NCBI RefSeq assembly: GCF_026210795.1
Contig: NC_089429.1
Coordinates: 6,882,001-6,946,000, forward strand
Source: Rhizophagus irregularis
Lineage: Eukaryota
DNA length: 64,000 nt
Reading direction: 5' to 3'
Part shown: positions 36,813 through 49,173 of the stretch, piece after piece
Numbering within the stretch: the first letter of the stretch is position 1
Layout: every line of letters begins with the position of its first letter
Made by a program: the position numbers and the translations under genes
Notes under the pieces: model-generated
Database searches by the model: none
What the model was told of the DNA's origin: nothing
What the model saw: only the letters and a program-made list of their open reading frames with translations

Positions 36813-38979
36813 AAAACAATAAAAAGATATTATTGGGCGTTTTTTATAAAACTAGTAACGATTTTGTTGATCATTTGTTGATCATTTATTTTAAATTTAT
36901 TATAAATTTTGTCACAAGATTTTCTATGGAAATCATTTCTCAATTTGTTATTAAAACACCTGCTGAATTGCCTCGAAATTGAAAATCATTTCCCTTTTTA
37001 TAAAAAAATTTCCTTTTTGGTAAAAAACTCTCAGATTAATCTTATATAACTTTATGTAAATGTCAATGACAATGTCAATGTCAGTGACAATGTCAATGTC
37101 AATGTCAATGTCAATGACAATGACAATGAAAAAAACTTCTAATGCCAACTTTTCGCAAAAACTCTTCCTGTGCCACTAAAAGTCCCTGTTAAATTGTTGC
37201 ATCATTCAATATTTGCATAATTTCATTTTTTTGTTGATCATTAAAATTTCATAAAATATTGCAAAAAAATAAAAAAATTGTAAAAAAAACGTTTCAGCGT
37301 TTTTTCATATAATATTATTAAAAAAAATGCCAAAAACTTTTTTTTTTGCATTACTATTAAGAAAAAAACGTTTTGGCATTTTTCCATATAAAATTATAAA
37401 AAAAATAACACAAAAACGTTTTTTCTTCATTTTTTATTTTTTTAACAAAAAATGTCAAGACTGACATTTTTAATTAAAAAAAACCAATATTTTTTTGATT
37501 TTTAATCACAAAAATGTCAAGTCTGACGTTTTTAATTAAAAAAATCATTTTTTTTGATTTTTTAATTACAAAAACGTCAAGTCTGACGTTTTTAATTAAA
37601 AAAAAACCAATATTTTTTTGATTTTTATTTTTTAATCACAAAAATGTCAAGTCTGACGTTTTTTAATTAAAAAAATCATTTTTTTGATTTTTTAATAACA
37701 AAAACGTCAAGTCTGATGTTTTTAATCAAAAAAATCATTTTTTTTTGATTTTTTAATTACAATAACGTCAAGTCTAACGTTTTTAATCAAAAAAATCATT
37801 TTTTTTTTTGATTTTTTAATTACAAAAACATCAAGTCTGACATTTTTAATCAAAAAAATTATTTTTTTTTGATTTTTTAATTACAAAAACGTCAAGTCTG
37901 ACGTTTTTAATTAAAAAAAACAATATTTTTTTGATTTTTAATTACAAAATGCCAACTGCCAAGTCTGACGTTTTTAATTAAAAAATCAATATTTTTTTGA
38001 TTTTTAATCACAAAAACATCAAGTCTGACATTTTTAATTAAAAAAAACCAATATTTTTTTTGATTTTTAATCACAAAAACGTCAAGTCTGACGTTTTTAA
38101 TAAAAAAATCATTTTTTTGATTTTTTAATTACAAAAACGTCGAGTCTGACGTTTTTAATTAAAAAATCATTTTTTTTGATTTTTTAATTACAAAAACGTC
38201 AAGTCTGACGTTTTTAACTAAAAAATCAATTTTTTTGATTTTTAATTACAAAATTGTCAAATCTAACGTAAAAAATAATTTTTTGAATCATAAAAATGTC
38301 AAATCTGACGTTTTTAATTAAAAAATCATTTTTTTTTATTTTTAATCACAAAAATGTCATGTCTGACGTTTTTAACTAAAAAAATCATTTTTTTTTTTGA
38401 TTTTTTAATTAAAAAACGTCAAGTCTGACGTTTTTTAACTAAAAAAGTCATTTTTTTGATTTTTTAATCACAAAAACGTCAAGTCTGACATTTTTTAACT
38501 AAAAAAGTCATTTTTTTGATTTTTTAATTACAAAAACGTCAAATCTGACGTTTTTAATAAAAAAAATCATTTTTTTTATTTTTAATCACAAAAATGTCAT
38601 GTCTGACGTTTTTTAACTAAAAAAGTCATTTTTTTTTTATTTTTTAATTACAAAAACGTCAAGTCTGACGTTTTTTAACTGAAAAAGTCATTTTTTTTGA
38701 TTTTTTAATTACAAAAATGTCAAGCCTGACATTTTTTAACTAAAAAAGTCATTTTTTTGATTTTTTAATTACAAAAACGTCAAGCCTGACGTTTTTTAAC
38801 TAAAAAAGTCATTTTTTTGTTTTTTTAATTACAAAAACGTCAAGTCTGATGTTTTTAATAAAAAAATCAATTTTTTTTATATTTAATTATAAAAACGTTT
38901 GATGACCCGACCCAAAATTTACGAGTCAATCTGACAGTATAATGATTATAACTCACTAATAATTACCAAGTTACTCTAG
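36813..38979. mobile_element. Element X copy 2 (2.2 kb, uninterrupted)
   Basis: Same termini as copy 1 (tt|AAAACAATAAAAAGATATTATTGGGCG ... CAAGTTACTCTAG|ttt); inserted within the CCCTATA element; no ORF. Confidence 0.8.
37440..38900. repeat. Minisatellite, ~59-bp double-hairpin unit, ~24 copies
   Basis: AAAAACGTCA-AGTC-TGACGTTTTT followed by AATTAAAAAAATCA-n-TGATTTTTTAATT; about 5 copies also at 19050-19340. Confidence 0.92.
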
Positions 38980-40416
38980 TTTAATAAACAATTCATTTTT
39001 GAACATTTTTTAAAAAAACTAATGTATACGAAATGTATACGGAAAAAATTAATCATACGGAATGTATACGGAATTTTTAAACTTAATATTTTTAGAAAAT
39101 AATTTTACAAAAATCTCGTAACATAACATGAGATCACATGATTGTTTATTGTTTTGTTATGATACGTTTTTTGTTTTTTATATAAACCCTTACTTTGATG
39201 AGTTTGATCTTCCGATCTTCCTTTCTGTCTTTCCCTTCCTTCTCTTTTCTCTTGTTTTATTTTTGTTATTTTTTCTAAATTTTTCTTCTTTTTTCGTCAC
39301 CCCTTTTAAAAAAATATTTTTTTTTTCGTACCTCACTTTAAAAATTTTTTTTTTCGTCACTCCCTTAAAAAAAAAATTTTTTTTGATTTTATTCTTTTAT
39401 TCCCACTATTCCCACTCTTCTTTTTTTAAAAAAAAATTTTTTATTTTTCTAACTTTGACGTCCTCCCTTTAAAAAAAAAAATTTTTTTTAACTTTCCTAA
39501 CTTCGTTACCCTCTTTTTAAAAAAATATTTTTTTTGATTTATTCTTTATTCCCCTTTCTTTTTTATTTATATATATCCCTTTTTTTATTTCATAGGCCAG
39601 CAGATTTTTTTTTGTGAGAAGATTCAGTTTCTTTTTTCTTTTTTGTAGATCAGTTTGGGAGTCCTTTCCTTTTTGTAGGATTGTTTAGGATTTTTTTCTT
39701 TTTTTAGGTCAGTTCAAATTTTCTTTTTTTTTTTTGTAAGTTGGGTTCAGATTCTTTTCTTTTTGTAGGTTGTTTCAGTTTGTTGCTTCAGAGTCTTCTT
39801 TTTTTGTAGGTCAGTTTTGGATTTATTTTGTTGTTTTGGTTTCTTTTTCATCAGATGCTTCATAATTCTTTTCATTTATGTAGGTCAGACATTCTGGAGT
39901 TCTCTTTCTTTTTTTGTAGGAATGCTGACCTTTGGTGACTTGGACGATTGCAGATACTATATGAAGGGGGGGGTTTTGTTTCCAACTAAGCTAGACATTC
40001 TTATGTTTCTTTTTTTGTTGTTTGACTCCAAATGAACCTGAACTTATAGATAATTTTGGTTGCAATAGGTGGTTTTAATAAAGAGGGAATTTTCATAATG
40101 TATTTGTATTTTGTTTATTTTTTATTTTTTATTTAATTTAAATTTAATAAAGTAAAATTAGATTTATGTAAATATAATTATAGTAAACTGTAATACAAAT
40201 AGTAAATTCAGTGACCAAATCGTATAAATTTCGTGATAAAATCAGTGATCAAATCATGTAAATTCCATATGAATTCCGTGCAAATTCCGTATCCAAACCA
40301 TATTTTTAGTGATACGGAATTGTGCATTTTTCCGTATCCTATTATGATACGTTATTTCTAAGGAAAAAAATCGTATAAAAACTTTATAAAAAACGTATCC
40401 CAATTTTTTTATAGGG

Positions 40417-40809
40417 ATGGAAGAATTTAAAGATTTAGATATACAGCATATTGGCGGTAAATCACATTTTATTACCAGAACTTCGTTCAATATCTACACT
40501 AGATACTGGCCATATATATCTCAAAGCTAATAAACTAAGTTTTTATAGTCATAAAAGTATATTATCAGATAGAAGAGTGACGCTTAAAAAAGAAAGCATT
40601 AAAATGCTTAAATTTCTTTATTTCAATCCGAATGGTAATATTTACAAGTTAGTGAAATTTTTTTGTAAAGACGAAAATTGTAAAATAAATAAATAAAAAA
40701 TCGATTCTGAATTATTTTAATGTTAATTCTGGCTGAAATTATGTTAATTTCGGCCAAAATTATAATCACGATTTTCGCACCATCACGACAACCCATTCTG
40801 GACACCCTA
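40417..40809 (+). pseudogene. hAT-like transposase relic, 3' part and probable right terminus
   Basis: LLPELRSIS...SFYSHKSILSDRRVTLKKESIKMLKFLYFN (hAT dimerisation domain); ends in CATTCTGGACACCCTA (TAGGG-type hAT terminus). Confidence 0.7.
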
Positions 40810-41344
40810 GACTGGCTTCAAGACTGTTTCCTGAATCGCAAATAAGTTTTCATTTTCGAATATTTAAAAAAAATTCAGCTTTTTTTTTATTAATTTGTTT
40901 TTTCTTTTCTGGCACCGGAATCCTAGATAGGTTTTCGAAACGTAGAGTCATCTGATATCACTTGACCTGTTTGAAGCTCTAGACGTGTGTCCAAAGGGAT
41001 CAAGGAACCCAATTTCATAATGAACTATTGAATTCAGTGAACATAAACACTTACGAACAAACCATATTTGAAAAAATATTTGCTACCTTAAATTGGTTTA
41101 TTTACTTTACTTTTCACTTTATTATTAATTTGATATTTATTTTTAGTCATGACAAATTTTTTTTTATTTTTTTCTATAATCTCTGGCGAAAAAAATCTTG
41201 ATTGGGAACTAACAAGTCAAAATCTGAAAGAATGAACAGAAAATTAATTTTGTATTATAAGGATGTTCCATTAAGAAACTAGTACATATAGTTTAATATT
41301 AGAAATATCGATTATATAAAAGTAAATATGGTTTAAACCTTGAT

Positions 41345-42803
41345 TTTTTTTTTTAATTCAAGAAGAGTAGAAATCATTGGCAGAAATACATTTATAGCTA
41401 GTATATGTAATAATAAAAAAACAAAGGGGACTAACTGTAAATCCACACTTGAACATTCATCCCGACACCAGCAAATTCCTGATGGCAGGACCTCACACTT
41501 CGAAAAAAGAGTACGACTTCCCTGATGAAGCTACGCCACCAAAAAAAGTCCAAAGCACTGGGTGAATTAAGGAATGAATAGGGACAAGTCCCTCTTCCCC
41601 GAAGGAGCTAAAGACAATCCTAAAAAAGAAAATTCTAATTAAGATCCGTATTTTGCTTTCGGCACGAGGCCGTCACTTGTCAATACTGTAATAAGTTGAA
41701 TGGTTCACACTATTCTAAATGTTAATGATGTAGTAAAGGTGAAATATATTAACTACGTGTGTAATAGAAAAAAAAATATATGTGACTCTGAAATTATTGC
41801 TCAACAATTGTAAAAATAAGAGCGTCTCCCTTGGCTGAAGAGTCTTCTGGTTTAAAAAAATCAGTCGAAAGACGGAGTTTTTTATCTGGATGTATAAACC
41901 TGTGTAAGTCTAGGTTTTTATTGTTGTTGTATGCGGACGGGTTTTAACTGAAAGTTTTAGTATCGTCTGAGGTATCTCCTTTGTAGAAGTAATCGATCAT
42001 GATCGCTTTTAATTTTTTTCTTTTTGAGTCTGTCACGACGTTCAGAGAACGACGTCATGTGTTTGTGATAAACGTTTTGGAAACGAGTGAGATCTTGCGT
42101 AAGATTCACGCATTGTTCTATTTTCTTAAGAGATGTAATGAGGAGTTTTGATTGATTAGTCTCGTCAATAAGACGTTGTTTGGTTGCTTCTTCTGCATCG
42201 TGGACTCGTTTGAGTCGTCTAACTTCTGTAAACCATCTGTTGCTACCCGGTATTATGAAGGTACGTTTCGTGCGAGTACTCTGTACGTATAGGGGACCAT
42301 TAGGTATAAAAGGTAAAAGGTCATCTGGTATAGCAAAATCATATCCATGATTAAAAACAGGTGTTGTAGAAGGCGTTTGAAGAGGAACTTGATCATAAGT
42401 CGAAACCGAAGTTTTCGATGTAGCCGGTAGGCTAAATGAAGTTGTCAGTTGGTAAAAGAAATTTGTAATTATCTTCACAAGAATTTTTGATCGAATTTGT
42501 GATATCTCAAGTGTTTAATCGGTTTGTTAACTTGTGATTTTAAAAAAAGAAATCTATGTTTTTTTGGCGGTTGCGCATTTGTGTTCCATGTCCATGAGAT
42601 CTGGATCTTTGATCATAGAGTGAGCGGAACGTAAGATGCGATCACAGCGCCGTTTGAAGCGGGCGCGTTGTCTCTTTGCGGTACGAGGGTTTGAACTATA
42701 ATAATGACGAAACTTTCAAATTTTTTGCGATAAATATATCTTTTGTCGTGGTTGAAGAAGAATTGACGGCCATTGGCTTGATAGCTGACTGTATGTTTGA
42801 GGC
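41345..42803 (-). mobile_element. 5'-truncated non-LTR retroelement with a non-RT 3' ORF
   Basis: Poly(T) at 41344-41354 (minus-strand poly-A); TSD GGTTTAAACCTT(G/A)AT at 41330-41344 and 42804-42818; frameshifted basic ORF including 41957-42478. Confidence 0.75.
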
Positions 42804-43041
42804 GGTTTAAACCTTAATATTGATTGGGATTTTTCAACAAAGAGACGTATACGATCACGTGATATAGCTGATTACGAAATTTTTACGTAAGAAGATCACG
42901 TGTTGTACTTCATGTGCAACTTGTACGACAAACTTGCAAAGTTTTTCCGGATAAATTTTTGAATAAGAGAAAAAGAAATAAAAGAAATTAAAAATATTCT
43001 TAAAAATATATATAATTTATATTTTGAGATGAATAATATCG

Positions 43042-43077
<36 letters not shown>

Positions 43078-45259
43078 TTAAAAAACTATTATTTTTATTT
43101 TTATCTTAAATATTTCACGCTAAAAAAATACCACTAAATTTTGACAAAATAAAAAAAAATTGGAATTTTTTTTTTCTTTTGCGCTTGTTACTTTGTCTAA
43201 TTTGTTTATATTCAGTTGATAAAAAAAAGGTTCATTTAGTCATGATGCATGTAAAAATGAATATATCAAATCCTGCAACAATCTTTCCTTTTTTAAAAAA
43301 CCATTGATAAAATTTGATAAGTCCTTCCGTACAAATTCCGGATATAATATATACTATATAAATAAAAATTATTAATCTGTAATACTTTAATTGCATGTCT
43401 TTTTAAACAAGTTTTTTTTTTTGAGACTCAATTTGGTTCACAAATATAATATGCATAATTTTTTTTTTTTACATCAGTCATTCAAAGTTAGTTGAAAAAA
43501 AAGGATAAGGATCATATTACTAATAAAAATCTTATTACTAATAGATTGTAAAACTATAAAAAAAAACATACTTTACTTTTTGTTATCAATCACTTTTTCT
43601 AATGGATTCTTCTTTTTTTTTAAAAGAATTCTGTAAATCATGTAACAATTGTAACATTACCTTATCTTTATCAAGAATTGGCGTTTTCCGTTCATTCGAG
43701 AACGTGTTTACCATAAATATAAAATAAAATAAAATAAAATAAAATAAAAAAGATAAAAAAGATAAAAGATAAAAAAAAAAAAAAATTTTTTTTTAAAGTT
43801 ACTCCTATCGCATTGATCATTTGATGCCATTAAATTACTCACTTGTATTACCGTTATTTATTAAAATTATTTACGTTCTTTCACATTAAAAAAACAATTT
43901 ATTATATTTATTTATTGAATGTTTGGTATTTGTTCTCAAATTGTTCTCTTTCGATTGCCTTTTACAGAAATTTGTAGTGTCACGAAACAGGCAACAAAGT
44001 TATACAATGTTATACAATGAATCATCTAAATGGAATTAATTGGATCACTACTGCGGTGATTGAAGTTCATTCCAAAAAAATCCAGCCGATGTTTCCAGAT
44101 TAGGATAAATTTTATAAAACATCGATTTAACCATATATGACTTTATATAAAATATACCAAAATTCCTATTCATTGAAGTTATTGTAAATAAAAAATGTAA
44201 ATAAATAAACAGGATATTTTTTTTTATTCCCACCCATGATTAGTAAATAAACCTTAAGCGTCCCAATTAAAAAGGAAAATACGTACCTAATTGGTTTATT
44301 CTATGAAAAAGAAAAAATTAACAATTTATTACTTTTTATTAATAAAAACAAATATTCAATCAAAAATTAGAAATATTGATAACACTGCGAACTTTAATCT
44401 GATAAATTGTCGTGAAACATTAATTGCAGTTTAAACCATTGTCTGTTCTAATGACTTCGAAGAATAAAAGTGAAGAACAATAGGTTTCATTTTTGTCCTA
44501 TCTTGATAAAATAATTTTCTTTGGTAGGATGTTCATGGATTGTAAAAGAAAAAAAATGAAAAACCTGCTGATAAATCATCGTAATACAGCTGGATACATC
44601 ACCTGCTGGACACATTACCTGCAATTTAGAAAAAAAAAAATCTCACAAACAAGTTTTTTTGATAATAATGACACTATTTCGTATTCCCTTATCTCTTCTT
44701 ATCTTTTTTATTAACCAAATTTATCATTTCATTAGATGTTTACAGGAGAAAAATTTGTTTCATATTAATTCATTCAATGATAAAATTGTTAAGTTTATTG
44801 TTGTAATCCTATAATACTCTATAATAGTGTTATTAAATTCAGATGAAATATTATAAGTATTTATCTATAAAAAAAAAGAATTGAATAAACTGCATGTCAA
44901 TCAAAAAGTTATTTCAACTTTTCTTATAGATAATCTTACCGAATATAAATATTATAAGGATGTTGAAATAGTTATAGTAAATAGGCCTTATAAAAAGACT
45001 AAGGTATTTTTCCTCAAAAAATTCAAAAATTCAAAAAATCAGAATTATTTTCGCCCTACTTAATTCTATAAATTTTTTAAATCATCATGGAATCTTAGGG
45101 CAGTGACATTTATTATGTAATATCCATTTGTTATAAGTTTTAATATAAAATCTTATGTTCCATGATTATATATATTAAGACCTTTCTTTACTCCCCGCCC
45201 TAAAATATTACGTAATAAATGCCATTGCCCTTACTATTACGATTTTGAAGATTCCGAAT

Positions 45260-45438
45260 ATCAACAATTTCAACAACAATTTCAACAACTTCAACAACTT
45301 CAACAACTTCAACATCTTCAACAATTTCAACAATTTCAACTTTCGACATTATCAACAATGTCAACAATTTCAACAATTTCAATTTCAACTTTCGACATTA
45401 TCAACAATGTCAACAATATCAACAACCTCAGCAACCTC
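45260..45438. repeat. Low-complexity (CAACAAYTT)n repeat
   Basis: Repeated 9-mers plus a duplicated CAACTTTCGACATTATCAACAATGTCAACAAT. Confidence 0.8.
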
Positions 45439-46565
45439 ATTTGTTACGGACAAAGTGACAAACCTTTTTTTCGACTCGGTCGTACGAAATCAATTAAGTA
45501 AATTTACAGTATAATTTTCACACTCATGATTTATTTCCAATTATGTCAATTTAACTTATTTTCGTGTCATTTTTCTTAATACTCCATTCATTAATATTAT
45601 AGCGAAATTATTCTTAAAAAAATGCAAAGAAAAAGAATTAGCAGGTCTAATATTAATTCTAAAAGTACTGCCTCGCTCTCAACATCAGTTAGAAGGTTAA
45701 CTTGCATTAAAACGTGATGAACTCAAAGACGAACAACTTTCAAATAAAGCAGCTGTTCAAGAAATTTTTTTCTAATAATGAGATCAATCAGGACTTTCGT
45801 TATACAAGAAACGTACAAAACCTATTTCTCCAGGTAAAAGCTCACAATAGGATGAAAAGCAACGACAAATGAAACGGACGCGTCAAAAATTTGGAAAATG
45901 TTGTCTGAAGAAGAAAAAAAAACAGTATAAATGCTTTTGATGGCCAAAAATTGGGCCAACCAGTTATTGATATTTTCTCGCATTTATATTAAAGATTTGC
46001 GAGATATAATCTCGTACATTCAATTTTTTTACAATTCGATCGACCATTACATGATTCTATCGATTATTTTTAATTTTAACAAGTAAACATTTAACATAAC
46101 AGGGACCTTCTGATAATTAATAAAAAAAATATAAATCACAAATTAAATTATATATCTTTATTAAATAAATTGTTTAATACGTGTATCATGAATGCTAAAG
46201 CAACCACAGTTTAAGTTTATCTCAAATCTGCTTTTTTTTAAAAAGTTTTTTCGTTTTAATAAAAAAAATGAATTTTTTATTTATTTAATAAAATAATAAA
46301 AAAAAAACAATTCGTCAAGAACTTGTATTTACTATGTTACGTGTATTTTTAAACAAAAACTTCAGTTTAGGGTGCATACTATCACGTTTATTTAAAAAAA
46401 TAATGCAATTTATTATTAAAAAAAAATTTTACTATGAATAGTATGATCCGAAATAATATAATAAAAAAATATATATAACTTATTAAAGCTTTCGTTCCTA
46501 TAAAATTCAAGTTTTTAAATTCATTTTTTTAATTTTTTTCCCAAAATATAAAGTAAAGGTTTTTA

Positions 46566-46739
46566 CCCTATAAAAAAGTTTGTGCTAAATTTGTGCCAAA
46601 TGGGTTAATCATACGATATTTGTTTGGAATTTGTTCAATTTGTTCGAATTTTATATTATATTTTTAGTACAAATTTCGAATAAATGTTGTATGATTAGCC
46701 CGTTTTGGCACAAATTTAGCACAACCCTTTTTTATAGGG
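46566..46739. mobile_element. CCCTATA-ended MITE with ~55-bp TIRs
   Basis: CCCTATAAAAAAGTTTGTGCTAAATTTGTGCCAAA ... TTTGGCACAAATTTAGCACAACCCTTTTTTATAGGG; TTA TSD. Confidence 0.92.
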
Positions 46740-46842
46740 TTATTTTTCATCTGATCACGTATAAGAAATTAAAATTTTGTATCAGTTTACATATTATACA
46801 AATAAATACTATTTGGATAAAATTAATACATACCTATTAATT

Positions 46843-48134
46843 TTTTTATTTATTTTATTTCATTACAATCTGAAACAGATACATAAAATTTACACACTAA
46901 CTATCTGACGTCACATATTCAACTAGTAATAGTGCACATCCCATAATAAAAGAAGGGTAAGAAGAAAAAAAATCTAAAGAAGAAAAAAGTAAAGTAAAAT
47001 CTAAAGAAAAATCAAATAAATTTAACCTAGGTACATTATGTAAAAAATTAGAGCTAGCAAAATATATCCACATAGTGTCATCCGTCAGTATTTTGGCCGG
47101 CGTTAAGTATTGTAAGAGTTACGATAAAAATAATTGTAACGTTCTCGACGCGTGTTTTTTCGGTCGGAGATTGTTTGAATCGGTCGAATCTTGGTGCGAT
47201 TTTTTGTTGTTTTGCGGGCTCGAAATTTCTTGAAAGAGTTTTCGTTAATATTGTAACGATATTTCCACTCCGCAAATATCTGTGCATATATCATAATGTA
47301 AATAATATACTAAATTATAAACGAAGATTAATAAAAGTTTTTTGAGAAGTTTGTCTGTGCTGATGGGCGGAAAGTGGCTATCAAGTCTTTTGGTATTAGG
47401 TTCAATAAAAAGGTGGTTAATGTCTTGTTTTCTATAATCGTAGAAATATCTATCTTAATGCATCCAATTAAAAAAGTTACAGCGATGAAAACTGTCTTCA
47501 GGGGTGAGAAAGGTCCAGAATAAATCTTTGTGTTTCTGGAAGATTGATATTGAACGTCCCGGAAAATTCCGGTTGAGAATGTCTAGTGTAGGAAGGTTTA
47601 AAGATGATGATTTCATTTTCCAACTTTCTAGTTTACTTAATAGTACGAGCGAACTCGGCGAAGTAGCTCGGTCAAAAGGATTATATAATATCCAGATGTG
47701 AGTGTAACGCCAGTCAGTATAATCGGCAATTGTTAATTCTTTGATCAACGCTAAAGATTTGTATGATAGGTGATGTTCAAAACGACGATAGTTAATGAGT
47801 TTCTTTAGGGTTTTGCAGATATTTCTGTCGATAGTAAATTCCTGATTGAATTCGAGCGTGCTTTTACTTTTTTCAGAGTAACCGTGAGATTTAAAGTTTT
47901 GATGACTTGTTTTATGCCAAATTAAAAGGTTGTTAATTTTCTGGAAACGTCTGTTTTTCAGAGAATTGAGCGGCGAGTAAAAGGTGTGGATAGTAGCTTG
48001 TGAGTCTGTAAATATTTCTTCTGTACTATTAGGAGGACAAATTAATAGTATAGAAAAGATCGCGAACGTTTCTGCTTTTGTGGAGTTAGCTCACTGCTCG
48101 AGAGATTCTTTGTGTGAAAGTGTGATGGTAGTCG
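46843..48134 (-). mobile_element. Degraded, truncated RNase H-type non-LTR retroelement
   Basis: Minus-strand remnants TKAETFAIFSILLICP..EEIFTDSQATI (RNase H), LNLPTLDILNRNFP and WKYRYNINENSFKKFR; T-rich tail at ~46841-46860; imperfect TSD ATACATACCTATTAATT / ATACATTCCTATAATT. Confidence 0.75.
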
Positions 48135-48325
48135 ATACATTCCTATAATTATTAATAGTAAAATTTCGTAATTAACTTTAGTTCATCACGTGATATAATT
48201 TAGAGAAATTTATTGGGTAAACACCACTCTGTTGAAACAATTTTTTTTAACCTTATATTGCCTTATTGTAAATAACAAAAAAAATTTGTTTATTGCAAAT
48301 AAATTGTTACACAATTTTATAGTTT

Positions 48326-48567
48326 CTCTATAAAAATATTATCCAAACACTTGTTCAGTTTTTTGTTCGGAAAATCGACCCCGTTCCGAACATTTACTTG
48401 ACATTTATTGAACATTTATCATGATATTGTACGCTTTTTATGTGGTCAAAAATTCTCAATCTCCGCATCTTGTATTAAATTGTAACAAATATTGTATAAT
48501 AGCGTGCGAGTGTCCGGAAAATTTGACCCCATTCCGAATATTTATCGGACAAACATTTTTTATAGGG
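48326..48567. mobile_element. CCCTATA-family MITE (degenerate left end)
   Basis: CTCTATAAAAATATTATCC ... GGACAAACATTTTTTATAGGG; TTT on both sides; internal TCCGAA/TCGGA repeats. Confidence 0.7.
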
Positions 48568-49173
48568 TTTTGTAAAACATCTAGCTACGCCAACTTCTAA
48601 ACTCTAAAGGGTGTAGAGTTTTCTGAAAAATAAAAAATAAAAAATATGAAAATTACAATAAAAAAAATCAAAGTTCATGAGAATTTTAAATTAAATTTTG
48701 TGTTGATTGTCATTTATTTTGTCAAATAAATAAATAAAAAATTCTAACTTAAACAGTATATATATCTACCAAAAATACACTAACAATATAATCTATTATG
48801 ACGCAATAAATAGTAAAGCAATATAATATAAAATAATATAAAATAGTATAATACAATAAAAATAATAAAATAAAAATCGTTTCATTGGTAATTAGTAATT
48901 ACTTAAAACAAAAAAAAAATCATATGAAAAAATTAAAAAATAAAATAAAATAAATAAATTTTTTTTAGAAATAATTAAATCACCGTCACCTGTACTACCA
49001 CGTTTAATGTACTATTTATATTGTATTCTTTGTATATTGTCGCACAGAACAATCCAATTTGGAAAATTTACCGGAGTTGATTCCGATTCCGATGTACATA
49101 AATAAATTATAATTTTCGTCTTCGTTGTTTTCGTTGTTTTCGTTTTTTTTTTTTTTTGAATTTTTGAATAAAA

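Larger units (their letters stand above)
34122..40416. mobile_element. CCCTATA-ended element (~1.5 kb own sequence) hosting a LINE and element X
   Basis: CCCTATAAGAAAT ... ATTTTTTTATAGGG; ATACGGAA/TTCCGTAT subterminal repeats at 34135-34210, 39020-39075 and 40270-40340; flanking triplets TTG/ATG (1 mismatch). Confidence 0.75.

Noticed and set aside
37440..38900. CRISPR-like array of palindromic repeats (also 15940-18650)
   Set aside because: The intervening sequences are themselves repeated rather than unique spacers; there are no cas genes and the context is eukaryotic TEs.
41495..41545. CGAAA...CTGATGA suggesting a hammerhead ribozyme
   Set aside because: Spacing is too short to form stems I and III, stem II closure does not pair, and it is antisense to the retroelement.
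44040..44720. Possible minus-strand pseudogene (CPAGDVSSCITMIYQQVF)
   Set aside because: Fragmentary, and I cannot name the family or its boundaries.
45200..45514. Asn/Gln-rich or Val/Glu-rich ORFs (prion-like)
   Set aside because: Translation of a 9-bp low-complexity repeat, with no other gene evidence.
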